From assembly GCF_009914755.1 (NCBI RefSeq), contig NC_060934.1: a stretch of 64,000 bases of DNA, one strand, 5' to 3'. Of the stretch, positions 15,038 to 28,300 are shown piece after piece (within the stretch, counting starts at the first letter, position 1; the number at the start of each line of letters is the position of its first letter). Both the position numbers and the translations under genes were made by a program. The notes under the pieces were generated by a model, which worked only from the letters and a program-made list of their open reading frames with translations, did no database searches and was not told the origin of the DNA. The stretch comes from the human T2T-CHM13v2.0 reference genome, Homo sapiens.

Positions 15038-16417
15038 GCTCTATGATGATGATGGTGATACAATACGTGCCAAGGTCTCCTTTAGTGAGAGTACGCCTCA
15101 AAAAAGGAAAACAACGTAGGTTCTCCATCAGGGACCACACAGTGATAGGCAAAAGTGCAAACCAGCCCACACTCCATCAATCCCTACCCCACCTGGTACA
15201 CCCTGCAAGTTCATTCTCAACATGGGGCATTACTTCCATTCCTGACTCCCTGAAGTTGTGGTCAGATCAGGTAAGAGTGATCAGTTTCCAACAGGTCTAA
15301 AGTTCATGCTCCAGGGATCCCAGAAACAGGCTAAATTGTCCCACCCGCCCCACTGCATAATTTATGCTGCATTGACACACACACACAGAGTCTACCCCGA
15401 CCCAGCCATGGGCCTCCGCCCAGGCTTGGGGAGGGTGGCTTCCTCGCCAGCCAAAGGGAAATGACAGCACAGGGACAGAGAAAGCAGCCCAGTGGAGCGG
15501 CAGAAACCACAGCTGTTTCCCCTTTGCTAACTCAGCCACTTAGATATCACTTCCTCCGCTCAGGTAACAGCAGGGAGAGATGGGACTGGGAATAACTGTC
15601 TTTTCCTGTTCACAAAAAAATGATTGGTTTGGAAAGAAGGAAAACCAGAGGCCGTTTTCTAGAAGAGATCTTCACTAAGAGCCTAAGTACTCCTGAGTCG
15701 ACTCTGTCTATGAGGCTTCTCAGGAGAGGTGGCTGGGCAGGTGAACCTTGTTTAAAAATTCCCTGGGGTCAGGAACAACTCACTTTGTATAGCATTCCTG
15801 CCCTAGATAATTAAGAACCCAGACTGGGGGATCAAGGGACCTCCTCACACAGCTATCATCTCTGGGCTCAGTGCTTTCCAAAGCAGCTGTTATACCTGCC
15901 CTCCGCTCTGCAAGGCAAGCCTGAAAAGAAACAGTTGCACCATTTTCTAGATGGGCAAATGTAGTTCTAGAAGGGGGAGGTGACATGTGGAAGATCTCAC
16001 GGCTTGAGGAGCCAACCAACTAGGCCTAAGGTGGAACCATGGAGCCCAGGCATCCTGGGTGTGTAATGTGTCATTAAGCGGTCTCTGTGGGGACAGGGCA
16101 GGCTTTGGAGCCAGCAGACCTGGGTCAGTGCAGGCCTCTCCACATGCAGCTCATCAGCTACGTGGCATCTGGCAATTCATTTGAGCTCTCTGAGCCTTTG
16201 TGCTGTCACCTGTACAGTATGGATGCTGGTGGGAGCTACATGCTGCGTGGGGCTGTTCTGAGAACATCCATATGAGATGCTTAGCACATAGAAAACATTT
16301 AGAAAGGTCAGCTGTTATTTTTATTGTTACATTTTCCCTAAGAATAAGGTTTACTAGACTATCTGGGAGTGTGGTAGAGGTCAAATAAATGAAGAGGTAG
16401 TTTGAAGCATTGCATTT

Positions 16418-17255
<838 letters not shown>

Positions 17256-20200
17256 TTAGTGTAGATGGTTCAGAAGACACAGACATGCTGGGCTCCCCTC
17301 AGACTGTGAGGTATTGGCCCCCAGAACCTACGAGGATGGGCGCATTCTCGCTCTTGCCACTGGGGGAGTGTGGATGGAAATTACTCCACCTGAAACGCTG
17401 CTGCATCAGGCCCTCCCAAGCTAGTTAAGACCCAAAGCAGCTGACACCTCACTTCCTGCTGCTCCCTCTCCTCCTCCTCCTCAACCCTTCCTCCCCAGGA
17501 GTCTGGGTGCAATCAACTTTTTATGGGGAAGCCAGACCCCTAGGAGTGAGAGCTGTAAACAGGAGGGGTGGGACCCAGCTGGCCAACTAAAGAGTCCCCC
17601 AGGCAGAGCTAGAAAAAGGTTCCAGTCCTTACTTAGCTCTGTTCCAGGCACAGTCGCAAAAACAGCGCTGGAGCCCACCAGGAGGACCTCAAAGTGACTA
17701 TTTAGCTCCCTCTCCCTGCCAAGCCCTTGGGAGAAAAGGAAGGTTCCAAGGTGTCTACAGAATAAACTGAATTCCCTCTGCTGCCATCGGAGCCTCTCAG
17801 AGCTGGCCCTGAGCTTTCCTGTCATCCTTCTCTCCCTCATCCACCCTCGGCTTTGCCCAGCTTTTCCTTGCACGTTCCACCTCCAGCACCTTTGCTTTTC
17901 TCTTTCTTGGAATGCCCTTCCCCAGTTTTCCCATCTAAATCCTACTCTTTCCCAGCCAAATCCTAATTACACCTCAAGGTCCATCATGAAGCTGCCTTCT
18001 CCAGTCGGTCTTCCCTGGAAACTCCAGTTCACAGAGTGCTCTCCCTCCTCTGAACAGCTTCAGGACTTAGTGATTGTGAAAGCAAATACTTATGCTGAGC
18101 TCCATAAGGCGCCAGGTACCGGTCTAAGCTCTTTACAATTACAAACTCATTTCATCTTCATCATAACCCTAAGAGCTAGGTCCAACTTTCCCCATATATT
18201 CTTTTTTTTTTTTTTTTTTTTTTTTTACTGATGAGGAAACTGAGGCTCAGAGACATAAGTAACTTGCACTGTATCCCACGGCAGCGAGTGGTGGGGCCAG
18301 GATATCCCAATGCTTAGCCAAGGGATACGGCACACAGGTGCTCTGGGACAACACAGCCTCCCAGGTGCACCCCTCATCCCCAGGTGGTGCTGCCTGGACT
18401 CACTGGTTATTTTCTCTCTCACCAAGCCAGCTCTGATGGGGAAGAAGTGGCACTCACAGATGTGGGTGTCAGAGACCAGGGTGAGAATCCCAGCCCTGCC
18501 ACAGAATTACTCTGAGTAGAATGACACGAACCCTCCGAGCTTCAATTTCCCCATCTATAAAATGGGAATAAAAACACCTACCTAACCGCATGGGGTTGTT
18601 ATGAGGTTCAAGTAAAATCGCCTCTAAAGGCATCTTCTGCATTGCCTGGCACATAGTAGGTGCTTGTATGTTAGTTCTCCCCCTTCTTATGGGGTCTGGA
18701 CAGCCTTGCTGGACTCTGACCCGCACCATGCACACAGCAGGGGCTCAGTCTCTGCGGCTGATATGGTGACTTGCCTGGGGGTTACCCAGAGGCACAAGAG
18801 GGATCCTCATGTGACCCCCATCCCCTTCACAGCTAGGCTCCTGACCTTCCATTCACCTGCCCACCTGTGACTGGCTGCACTACAGGCAGCAGAAGCCCGG
18901 GCCAGGCAGGAAGTAGCACGCTGCTCTGGGAATCCGCCTCTGGAAGCCCTGATCACTCTATTGGGCGCTTCCATTATTTTTGGCAATTGTCATGGCAGAG
19001 AACACCTCTGGCCCTCACTCAGAACCTATTTCCAAAGCCAGAATCTCCACCTCATTTCCCACACACACCCCTTGTCCTTCCTGTCCCCTGGGTCCCTATC
19101 CTAATCTACTATCCCTTTCCTGGATTCTCAGAACTCAAGAGGAGTAAGTGGGACTACCATGTGTATAACTCTATTATTTGTTTCATTTTGTTTAATTAAG
19201 AGGTAAAAGAGAACACAGTTGCCCATTAGACTTTTTCTGGCCAAGAAATAGTCTGGTCAGTGACTCAGGCTGAGGCAATTAGAAGGCAATTTACAGGGAA
19301 CTGCTGTGCAAACCCAAAGTCAGAAGTCCTAACAACACTTCCCTAATTCATAGCCTCCACGGTCAGTTAACTCATGCTGGCCCCGGAATATCTCTTTGGA
19401 AAATGCAGCAGCTGGGGCTTGTATTTCTGGGCTGGAATCGGTCTCCTCTGACATCAAATAGGTTTATTTTTCCCTTCTCTTCCCTTCCCCTCTGCCTGCC
19501 ACCACACATGGTAATTTCTACCCTGGTTTGCCCCCCAAAAGCCCTCACTCAGCTCAACACAGGGTTGCGATAAATGGCTGGCTGTGCTCCCTGTTCCAAC
19601 AGCCTTGAAGGATGTGGTTGGTTGTTCCATGAGCAGGGAGCCTTGTCAGACCCGTGAATCACCCCTCGATCACTTCCCTCCCCAGAGAAGAAACCGTTCC
19701 CATGCTTGTGCATGTGTAAGAGAGACAGAGGGACAGAGAGAGCAGGCAAGAGTGTTAACCCATGTGTGGTGCTGACCTTGGGGCTAGGATCCTATTTGAC
19801 CTTGCCCTTACCCAGAACAACCTCTTTCCTTCTCTCCTAACCTCTGTTTCTTCCCAGCTTACCAGAAAGCCACCACCAGATCCCAATGCTCAGCTCCAGG
19901 AACCCCTCCAGGTCTGAACAGCTGCTCTGTGTTTATCTGTTCCTCTTGGAGGCTGGGTGTTTTCCATGGGGCGTGTAACCCACTTCCCCATCAGACTGTG
20001 AAAAGCTGGGCCGTCCTTCTTGCCTCAGTCTTTCCTTTTCTCTCAGATTGACCGATTGGGTCCTAAATCACCTGCAGTGCCTTGGTGATCAGGAACAGCA
20101 GATGGCAACTAGTATATGGTGCATGCCCATGGTGAGGTCAGGCACTGGGTAGACACTACCCCAAATTATCTCAGGCCAACTTCCCAAGAGCCCTGTGAAG

Positions 20201-23200
20201 TTACAGGTGAGGAAACTGAGGCTCAGAGTGACAGCCCAAGGTTGCACAACTAGGAAGTGCCACAGGTAGGATTCAAGCACTGATCTGCCCAACACCGTAC
20301 TCATTCCATAATGGAACTGGCCCTGAAAAAGACCCTTGCAGGCTGTGGCTGCACATTCTCATTCCTGTGGGGCTGGAGTCACAATCTAAGGGCTGAGAAA
20401 AAAAAAAAAAAAAGAAGGGCACAGAAATGAATGAGTTTGGGGCCAATTCCTAAGCATGTAGCTCCCAGGACCAAGAATAAAATCTGGGATGATCTAAACA
20501 GAGGAAGAATATATTATGTCCACAAGGTCAACCCTTAATTTATTACCCTAAGCATTACTGGGGACCAGATACCAGCCTGAAGTTGCTCTACTCCTCCTGC
20601 CTCACAGTGACCCGCCTGCGTTGCCCACCATGAACTCACCTGCAGGGCACATGGTAGATGTCTCTACAGTGAGGCAGTCCTAAAGACAACCCTGTACTGC
20701 TCTGTCACCATGGAACAGGGCTGAGCCTGGCCTTCCTGCCCGGATTCTAATTGAAGAGAAGGGCCCCACCTTATATCCACATCCTCCTTTGGAGCTAACC
20801 TGACCTGCATTGCCCTAGCTCTGCCCTGTGCCAGCTGCGAGACCCTAAGCAAGTTGGTGAATTGCTCCAAGTTGCAGTTAATTCATCTGTAAAACAGAAT
20901 CCAAAAACCTACCCCACATTAGGGTACATTCAATGACCTGCAGGAATCACACGAAAACACGAGTGTTAAGTATGTTTCACCATCGATGGTAACTGCTAAA
21001 CTGGCTATTATTTGCATTCCCCAAAGAGTCCTGCAGAGGATCAGAACATTCATGATTGGTATTTGTCTGAAATAAACAATCAGGAAATAAAACAACTGTG
21101 AAAGTGCAATACCTCCCAAATCCAAATAGATATAATTTCTTGTTTGTTTTAGATAAACGAGCTTTTCTCCACCACATGAATTGATATATACCTATACCTG
21201 CCTGTGAGCACAAAGAACCCGGTGGACCTGAATTCAAATCTTTACTGAAAAACTTTCAAACGAAGGAATCTGCATTCTGCATCCAGCATCATCAGGACCA
21301 TTTTCAAGACAAGCGGTCAGAGGCCAAAGCCAGTTTACCTAGGGTCTCCCCAGGCACAGCTCAGAAAGCCAGGAAAGGAGCCTAGCTTCATGCCAGGGAG
21401 CCTGACCTTAGTAGCAGCTGCCTGCCCTTCTCAACCCCACCCCAAGCAGGGGCCTGGCAGAGAAGAAGGAAGCCAGGGCTGAGTGCCATCCCCATGATGG
21501 AAGCTACTTGCGTGCCTTCATGAACTGACCGAAAGCACAGGACCCTTCGTGTTCAGGCAGCTCCCCCTCCCCGTGGGGATGAGCAAACCCTTTGCAGAAT
21601 GTCCTGAGAGAACCTTTGCAGTGTGTTCCCAGCACTCTGGAGCCAGCAGAGCTCCTCCTGCGTGGGCCCCAGGCCTCTCATCGGCTAGCTCTGGCTAACA
21701 CGCACATCCCGTAAAACCTCTCTGCTCTGCAATTTACCAAACCACAGACTCAGAATTCACCATCAGCAGAGGAAAGGCTGGAAGGAGGCTTGCTCCTCCA
21801 GTGTAGAGGGTTTCCAGAACACAGGCAATGGGTGCAGCACGTCCTGCCAGCTGACCACACCAGAGGGCCTTACTCACAACACTTGAGCTTTTGGTGTGTG
21901 GTATTCACCGTGCAAGGGCCAGGAGAGGAAGAGGCTGCAGCCTCCCCAAACCCGCTCCTCCTGCCCCTGTCTGTCCCACCAGGCCCTTTCTATTGCTTTC
22001 TTTCCCCCTTTCAATTATTGGATATGCTTATGTTATGTATTAATATATACAATGCCCCAAATGGGTAGAAACTTTTTGACCACCAGTTATTTGTCCTCTT
22101 AGCCAAACCCAACTGGACTTAGGGTACATGCAATGAAAAAAACCCAGCTGTGAGCAGCTGTGTTGCAAGTTACTTTACCCAATCTGGCTCTCCATTTCCT
22201 CATCTGTAAAATGAAGGAGTTGAGCCAGATGAGTCTTCGGGTCTCTGCCCGTTCCACAATTCCACAACATGTAACACTTTCTCCTCTCAGTGTTTTCCAG
22301 AACTCTAGTTCAGAACTCTGCATGGCCCCATCTGTTCAGTGACATCACTCCCTGCCCCCCCAAACATAATGTCATCGATTCTTACTCGGGAAGCGGAGAT
22401 GTCCCGGGAAACACTTTGTCTGTAAAAAGGAAGGAAATGATCATTTCGAGGGAACTGGACAGGACTTCTTTTGTGTTTTTCACATAGAACAAGTTATTAT
22501 CAATCTTAAAACCCAAAATCTTTCTTCCTTTTTGCCAGACCATTAATAGCTGCTTTTCAAAAATACTTTCTTAGTCAGAATCTCACCAATAATAAGCTAC
22601 CATTTAATAAGAGCTTACTGCGTGCCAGGAACTGGGCTAAGTGCTTTACATAGATGATCTCATTTAATTCTCCCAACAAGTACATACTATTATTATCCTT
22701 ACTTGAAATTGAGTAAACTGAGGCTGGGGGAGGTTTAAATAACTTGCCAAGGTGGCACAGCTAGTTACTGGCTGCATGCCAGGCTTTGAGCAAGACCGTC
22801 TAACTTCAGAACCCCAGCACGCAATCTTGCCTTTCAATCCTGTCTGCAGTGGGCCCCGGTTCTAGTTTGTTACCAGTGTGTCCTGCATCTGCAACCTTGG
22901 GCACCATCGGTGGGAGCTGAAATGTGATGTTTCATTTAAAATCCAGAGTTGGAAACGCACCTGCCTGGGTCTCAGAGCAGAGTGCCATCTGTTGAATGCA
23001 GTGCCAAGCTCAGCTGAGGACTACAAATGAGAACCCTTAAAACTTAGCCTGCAACATTTGAGAAAAATAAACCCTGGGATATACAAAGGGACATCTGTCC
23101 ACAGAGCAGGTTGACCACCTGGTGACCCAAGCCCTCCAAAAAGACCTTTCTTGTAACAGCAGCAGAAAATGCTTGCTGGACCAGATGACGCAAAAGAAAC

Positions 23201-23899
23201 AACTCTCTAAGGGTGTCAGGGACTGGACCCGACAGGCACCCACCTCCCTGCCTAGTCAACCTGCCTCCACATTTACCTCCTCCCCATATGAGCCCAGCCG
23301 CATTTGCTCAGCTGTAAAGAAACTCAAAGTTCAGAGCTACACTGGTGACAAAGGCAAAAAGAGTAGCCCGAGGCTGACATTGCCACAAACCCCAGTCCCT
23401 TTGCAACAGTGGAAGAAAAGGCACTTCAGAGATCAATGTACAATCCAGGGCAGCAACCAGCGCCTGTTTTAACTGTTAAGATTAATGCTTTGAGCACTGG
23501 AACTGCTCCTCTAAATACCCAATTTGCAAATAACATGCAGTCCTCTGTGCTTGGGTCTCTTCTATCTCAAGTACAGGAGCACAGACGCTCAGAGGGGTCA
23601 AGGACACCGTGTTTACTTCCTAAGGTGTGAGGGATGGGAAGACAGGACCGGCTGAGATGAAAGGGGAACTGTCACATAGGCTCTGGAGCTGCCCCAGTCA
23701 ACCTTAACCCCTTCTCATTAAAGTTTGGGGGAGGAAGGGGGAGGGGCGGTTCCTCGGAGACCACAGCAAACATTCGCCTCCTCGTGTCTGGAGATGGAGC
23801 ATCACTTAAGAGGAAATGAACCCGGTTAAGGGTCACGTCCAGAGGAGGGATAAAAGGAAAAGCCACAATTCTCCTCACACCGACGGACACAATGGCTTT

Positions 23900-25300
23900 A
23901 TGAGGGAAATCAAAGCTTAGCGCGGAGGGTGGAGGTTGGGCAATGGGGCGGCGGCTTCCTTCTGCCCCCAGCCCCAGGCCTAGGAAGGCAGAGACAGAGC
24001 TGGCGTGGGAGGCAGGGCGCGAGGCTTCCTTCTCCAGGGCGAGCTCTGAAAGCATCTCGGGCTGTGTGAGCGTGAGCGCCCAGGGCCCCTGGGGAGGGCC
24101 GAGGAGATGCGCTTTCCCGACGGGGCTGCTCTGTGAGGGGTTGACGAAAGCTCCCCCCACCATCCATCAAAGGCGGACAGATGACTTCACCGTTGTAACA
24201 GACAAGGGCAGCCACTTGCCAATTCCAATGCCAAAAAAAGAAACCTGGGGGGCGGGGGTGCGAAGGAGGAAGGACAGAAGAGGCTTCCCTGGAGATCACA
24301 GCCCTGCGAAGAAACTCCACGGCTGCTGGCTGCCCAGTGGGCGCTTAGCTTCGCGACCTCACAGCTGGGAGGGGCGAGGGGCCATCCGGGGCCCTCCCGG
24401 GACCTCGGGCCACCCCCAGCAGGGTCGGCGGGGGCTGTACTCACGTAGTGCTTGGAGGGGTTCCTCCGCTTCTCCACGTCCACCACGGTGGCATCCTGCA
24501 CGCAGTAGGCGAGCATCTTCCCCCACAAAGCGAGTGGCGCCCCCGGCGGCGTCACCTTCTCATCCTGGCCGGGCTCCGGCTCCTTCTCCAGCTGCCCGGG
24601 TCCCGGGGCCGCCCGCCACCCCGGCCCGGCGCGCCGAACGCTGCCCGGACTCCCGGCGCCCACAGGTCCGGCCCAGGGACGGGGGAGGGTCCCGGAGGGC
24701 GCGCGGGCTCCGTGCGCCCCGGGGGGCTCCCCGCCGGCCTGCCGCGCGCCCCTTCACTCCCGCGCGGCCGCCGCGCTGCGCTCGCCCGCTCGCTCTCTCC
24801 GCCGCCCGGTGGGTCCGGCGGGAACTGGCGGAGCAGAGGAGGGGCGGGGGTGTGTCCCGTCGGCGAGGGGACGGGGCGGGGGCCCCGGAGCCTGCTGTCA
24901 GCGTCCTGGGGAGGGGCCGGCGGCTCCCCTTCGCCGCTCTCCGGCTCGGGCTCCGGGGGGGATCGGCGCTGGCGGAGGCTGTGGGCGCAGGAGGCGGAGG
25001 CAGGGCCTGGCAGGCAGGGAAGGGAAGGGAGGGAGGGGAGAGAGGGGAAGCGCGCGGGGAGGGGCTCCGGGCCGGGGGAGGGGCTCGGGGCGACGGGGAG
25101 GGGGCTGCAGCCCGGCCCCAGTGGCAGGGGCGGGCCGACGAGCCCCCACCCGAGCCCAGCGCGCAGCCAGCGGCCTGGCGCAGCACCGGGCTAGTTCGCT
25201 AGGCACAAAAACTCAGGGTGGCTTCGGGGGGAGAGGGAGCGGGGAAAGTGAGCCCCGCGCGCCCCCATCCTGGCTTTCCGCCTCGGAGCGGATTTGTGCC
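23900..25300. promoter_or_regulatory. SH3PXD2A: CpG island: promoter and 5'UTR of SH3PXD2A (TSS probably ~24750-24850, minus strand)
   Basis: Very high GC and CpG density, multiple GGGGCGGGG (Sp/KLF) boxes, no obvious TATA box; contains the first coding exon. TSS position is an estimate. Confidence 0.9.
24445..24516 (-). CDS. SH3PXD2A: SH3PXD2A (TKS5) coding exon 1, start of the PX domain: MLAYCVQDATVVDVEKRRNPSKHY
   Basis: ATG at 24516-24514 (context AAG-ATG-C), 72 nt = 24 codons, then canonical donor GTGAGT (24444-24439). Peptide matches the recalled TKS5 N-terminus; lies in a CpG island. Confidence 0.97.
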
Positions 25301-28300
25301 TTTTTGTCCCCACTTTTATGTCCCCCTACAACTTCCACCCCCAGATCTCTTTAATGAGAAGTAGTTTATTACCCGGCTGTTACTGCCCAGGCCCCCGAGG
25401 AGGAGATGGGAATGGGGAAAAGGCCAGCTTTAAATCCTTCAAGCCAGAGCCTCTTTGGACGAACCACCTGACCCTCTGCAGGTCATAAAGGGTGAATTCT
25501 CCCCGGAAAAGTGATCGATTCGTTGCCTGAGTCGTCCATCGATCTGGGCTTGTGTAACTACCCTGTGCATCATTTACCAATGACAACGTTACAGACTCTG
25601 CATAACACCACTGCCTTAAGCCCAGGGCTCCCCTGGGGACCCTCCCCAAGCTGGCGACAGGGAAAGGAGCATACAATGGTGGGAAAACCCACCCGGTTGG
25701 AGGCCAGCTCACCGTGAGCCCCAGGCTCTGGCATTCTCACCCCTCCCTCTAGTCTGGAAAACCCACTTTCCAAGCCACTTGTCCGTGGTCCCTGGACTTG
25801 GAGCACAGTTACTACTTAATTCAATGTAGCTTCCCCCCTTCTAGTTCAACATTTTTTTCCCATTCTGCTTTCAAACATTTAAAGGGTAGTGTTTTCACAA
25901 CTACTCCAGTTGTTACACAATCACAATAAAGCTTTGTGACTGTGGACCAATGTGAAACATCTGAAAAGAGGACATATAATTTTGTGACCTAATTGCATTA
26001 ATACTTTCTTCTGCGCGTTCTCTAGACTGTCAGAACCCAGGCACAGATCTAAGGCTTTATTTATTCACATATTTGCTCCATACAGAGTAACCCACTATTC
26101 CTCCAACCTTCCTGGGGAAGGGCGCTAGGACACCAAACGATGGCACGGGACAAAGAAAAAAAAAGATGGATGGGCCTAGGGGGCTCAGACTGTGAGAGAT
26201 CTTGGCACCAGGCCAGAGCTTCTTGGTCAGAGAAGATGACAGAAAACCTTTGTGAATGTTGGAGCAGGAGTCCTGGGGGAAGGTGCACCTGGTAATGTTG
26301 CTCAGCTGATGGGAAAATGGGAGGACAGGGCACTACCTCCATGAGCAAGGATTATTCCCTGAAGGGATGAGAGGTAGACCTGGAACGGGCCCTCCATATT
26401 GAGCTCCCGAACTTGGGAGGGTGCTGGCCAGCTCCAGGTCCTCTCTGATGATGGATCAAGACAGCCTGTGAGTTTGTGAGGAAGAGATTCATCATGGCTC
26501 TCGGATAACTCGTCTTCTGTGGATGGCAAAGTCTTCTGGAAGTGCTAATAAAACCTGAGAAGCCACCAGCGAGGGGAGCTGGTGTTTAGCTGTTGTGGGG
26601 GGAAGAAGAGGAGGGGGTTTAGTTTGATTTGGGTCCCCTTGTGAATCAAAGCAGTCAGCTCATCTAAAACAGCACTAGTGGTTTCCTTATTACCCTTCTT
26701 TCGGACCCAGATCCACAATGAACACACCAAGCACAATAAATTTGTAGGAGAGAGGGCCCAGTTCTTCCCCACTTCCTAGCGGCCTACAAAGTGGTAGCCT
26801 TTCTCCTGCCTAAAAGACTCCCTGCAACTTGACATTTTATAAATTCAGGCCTTTAAGCCTGACTTGAGCATACTCCCAACTTCCCCCTTTGTTCCGTAAT
26901 TACCTTTATTGGAGGGAGCAACTGAGTGCTCCCCACTCAACCCCATGGTGCCAAGATCTGGGCAGAAGTTATTTCTACCTGTGGGAGAAAAATGTCTTTT
27001 CTGTACTGGGGCCGTATGTCCAAGGGGATTTAAGTATGAAATGGTGCAGGCTATCTCTTCTCTGGGTACATTTCAACCTCATGCAGATTTATTTCCCACA
27101 GTGCCTTGGGAATTCCTTTCTGTTCAATACACATTTATTGAATGCCTCACATGTGCCTGGCAATCCCCCAAAAATGACAGAGACTGGGGGAAGTTTCCTT
27201 GGAAACAAGGACTGTGCATCATTCATTAAATACCCCAACTATGCGTGGCACACAGTAGGTATATAGGATGGCCTGTGTTGAAAACATCTGCTCAAAGAGC
27301 TAGTGCTAGAAAGGATTAGAGAAACCCCTATTTTGCCACCTCCGCCCATGAACTGGAGATGACTCCAACCTAAGGACATTGTGTGAGTTAAAAATGACAA
27401 CATATAATTGCAAATTTTTTTTTAAGTTTAGGATAAGTAAGGGAAAGAGAAGCCAACATAAAGATGCAAACTGATACCTGAAAATCTGATTTTCGAAAAC
27501 AGGTAATTGTAGAATGCTTAGAATCAAAGAACTTTCCAACTAGAAGGGACAAGAGAGGTTATTTATTTCTCTTATTTTACAGAGGAAGAAACCAAGGCCA
27601 AGAAAAACTAAGCAAGTTGCTTGATGCCACATAGCCAGTTAGTCCAAAGCCCGCTGTCTTTCCCCTCCACATTTATGTGCCTATACTAGGGCAAGAAGAG
27701 CTTGTTTAAAGGGCACACTTAGCACACCTGCAGGTCTAGAATGTTGCATTCACTCAAACCCTGGAGTCCCTGGTTCCAGTTCTCCATTCACACAAGCATA
27801 TGAACTCGTGATGCCTGGACTTCCCAATAAAGAGGACTGTACAATCCTCTAGAGCAGAGGCCGTGTGTGTCTCCATGGTCCTCTGTGTACGTGCAAATTC
27901 CATCAGCTCCCCTAAAGCAGAACCCGCCCTACCTCCTCTCCCATGTAGGGTCTTTGTGACCACCCCCAAAGAAGACAACATGCAGGAAAGTACTGGAAAC
28001 CACAGTGGGCTATATGAAAGCACAAGAGAACCTTCTCTTCCTCTTCAGAAATCGAATGACAATTGCTAATCATACATTTGTTTACTAATCATACATCACC
28101 CTATGACAGCTCAGCCTTCACTGTATTGAACCTTATTTATATCTTTTATTGTTATTTAACTTTCCTGTGCTTTAGGTTGTGCCTTCTAAACCAGTAAGAA
28201 GCCTTTGAAGGCCTTGAGGACCATGAACTTAGACATGGACACCACCCTTTCCCTCCCCACCCCCATCATCCAGCACCTCTGTCACCTGCCACACACACCT

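Noticed and set aside
24187-24444. Continuation of the SH3PXD2A ORF past ...PSKHY (VSTAPADP...)
   Set aside because: Read-through into intron 1 past a consensus GTGAGT donor.
23943-25202. 419-aa plus-strand ORF and overlapping 150-250 aa ORFs
   Set aside because: Arg/Gly/Pro/Ala low-complexity products of the CpG island, where stop codons are rare; antisense to the real exon; no recognisable domain.
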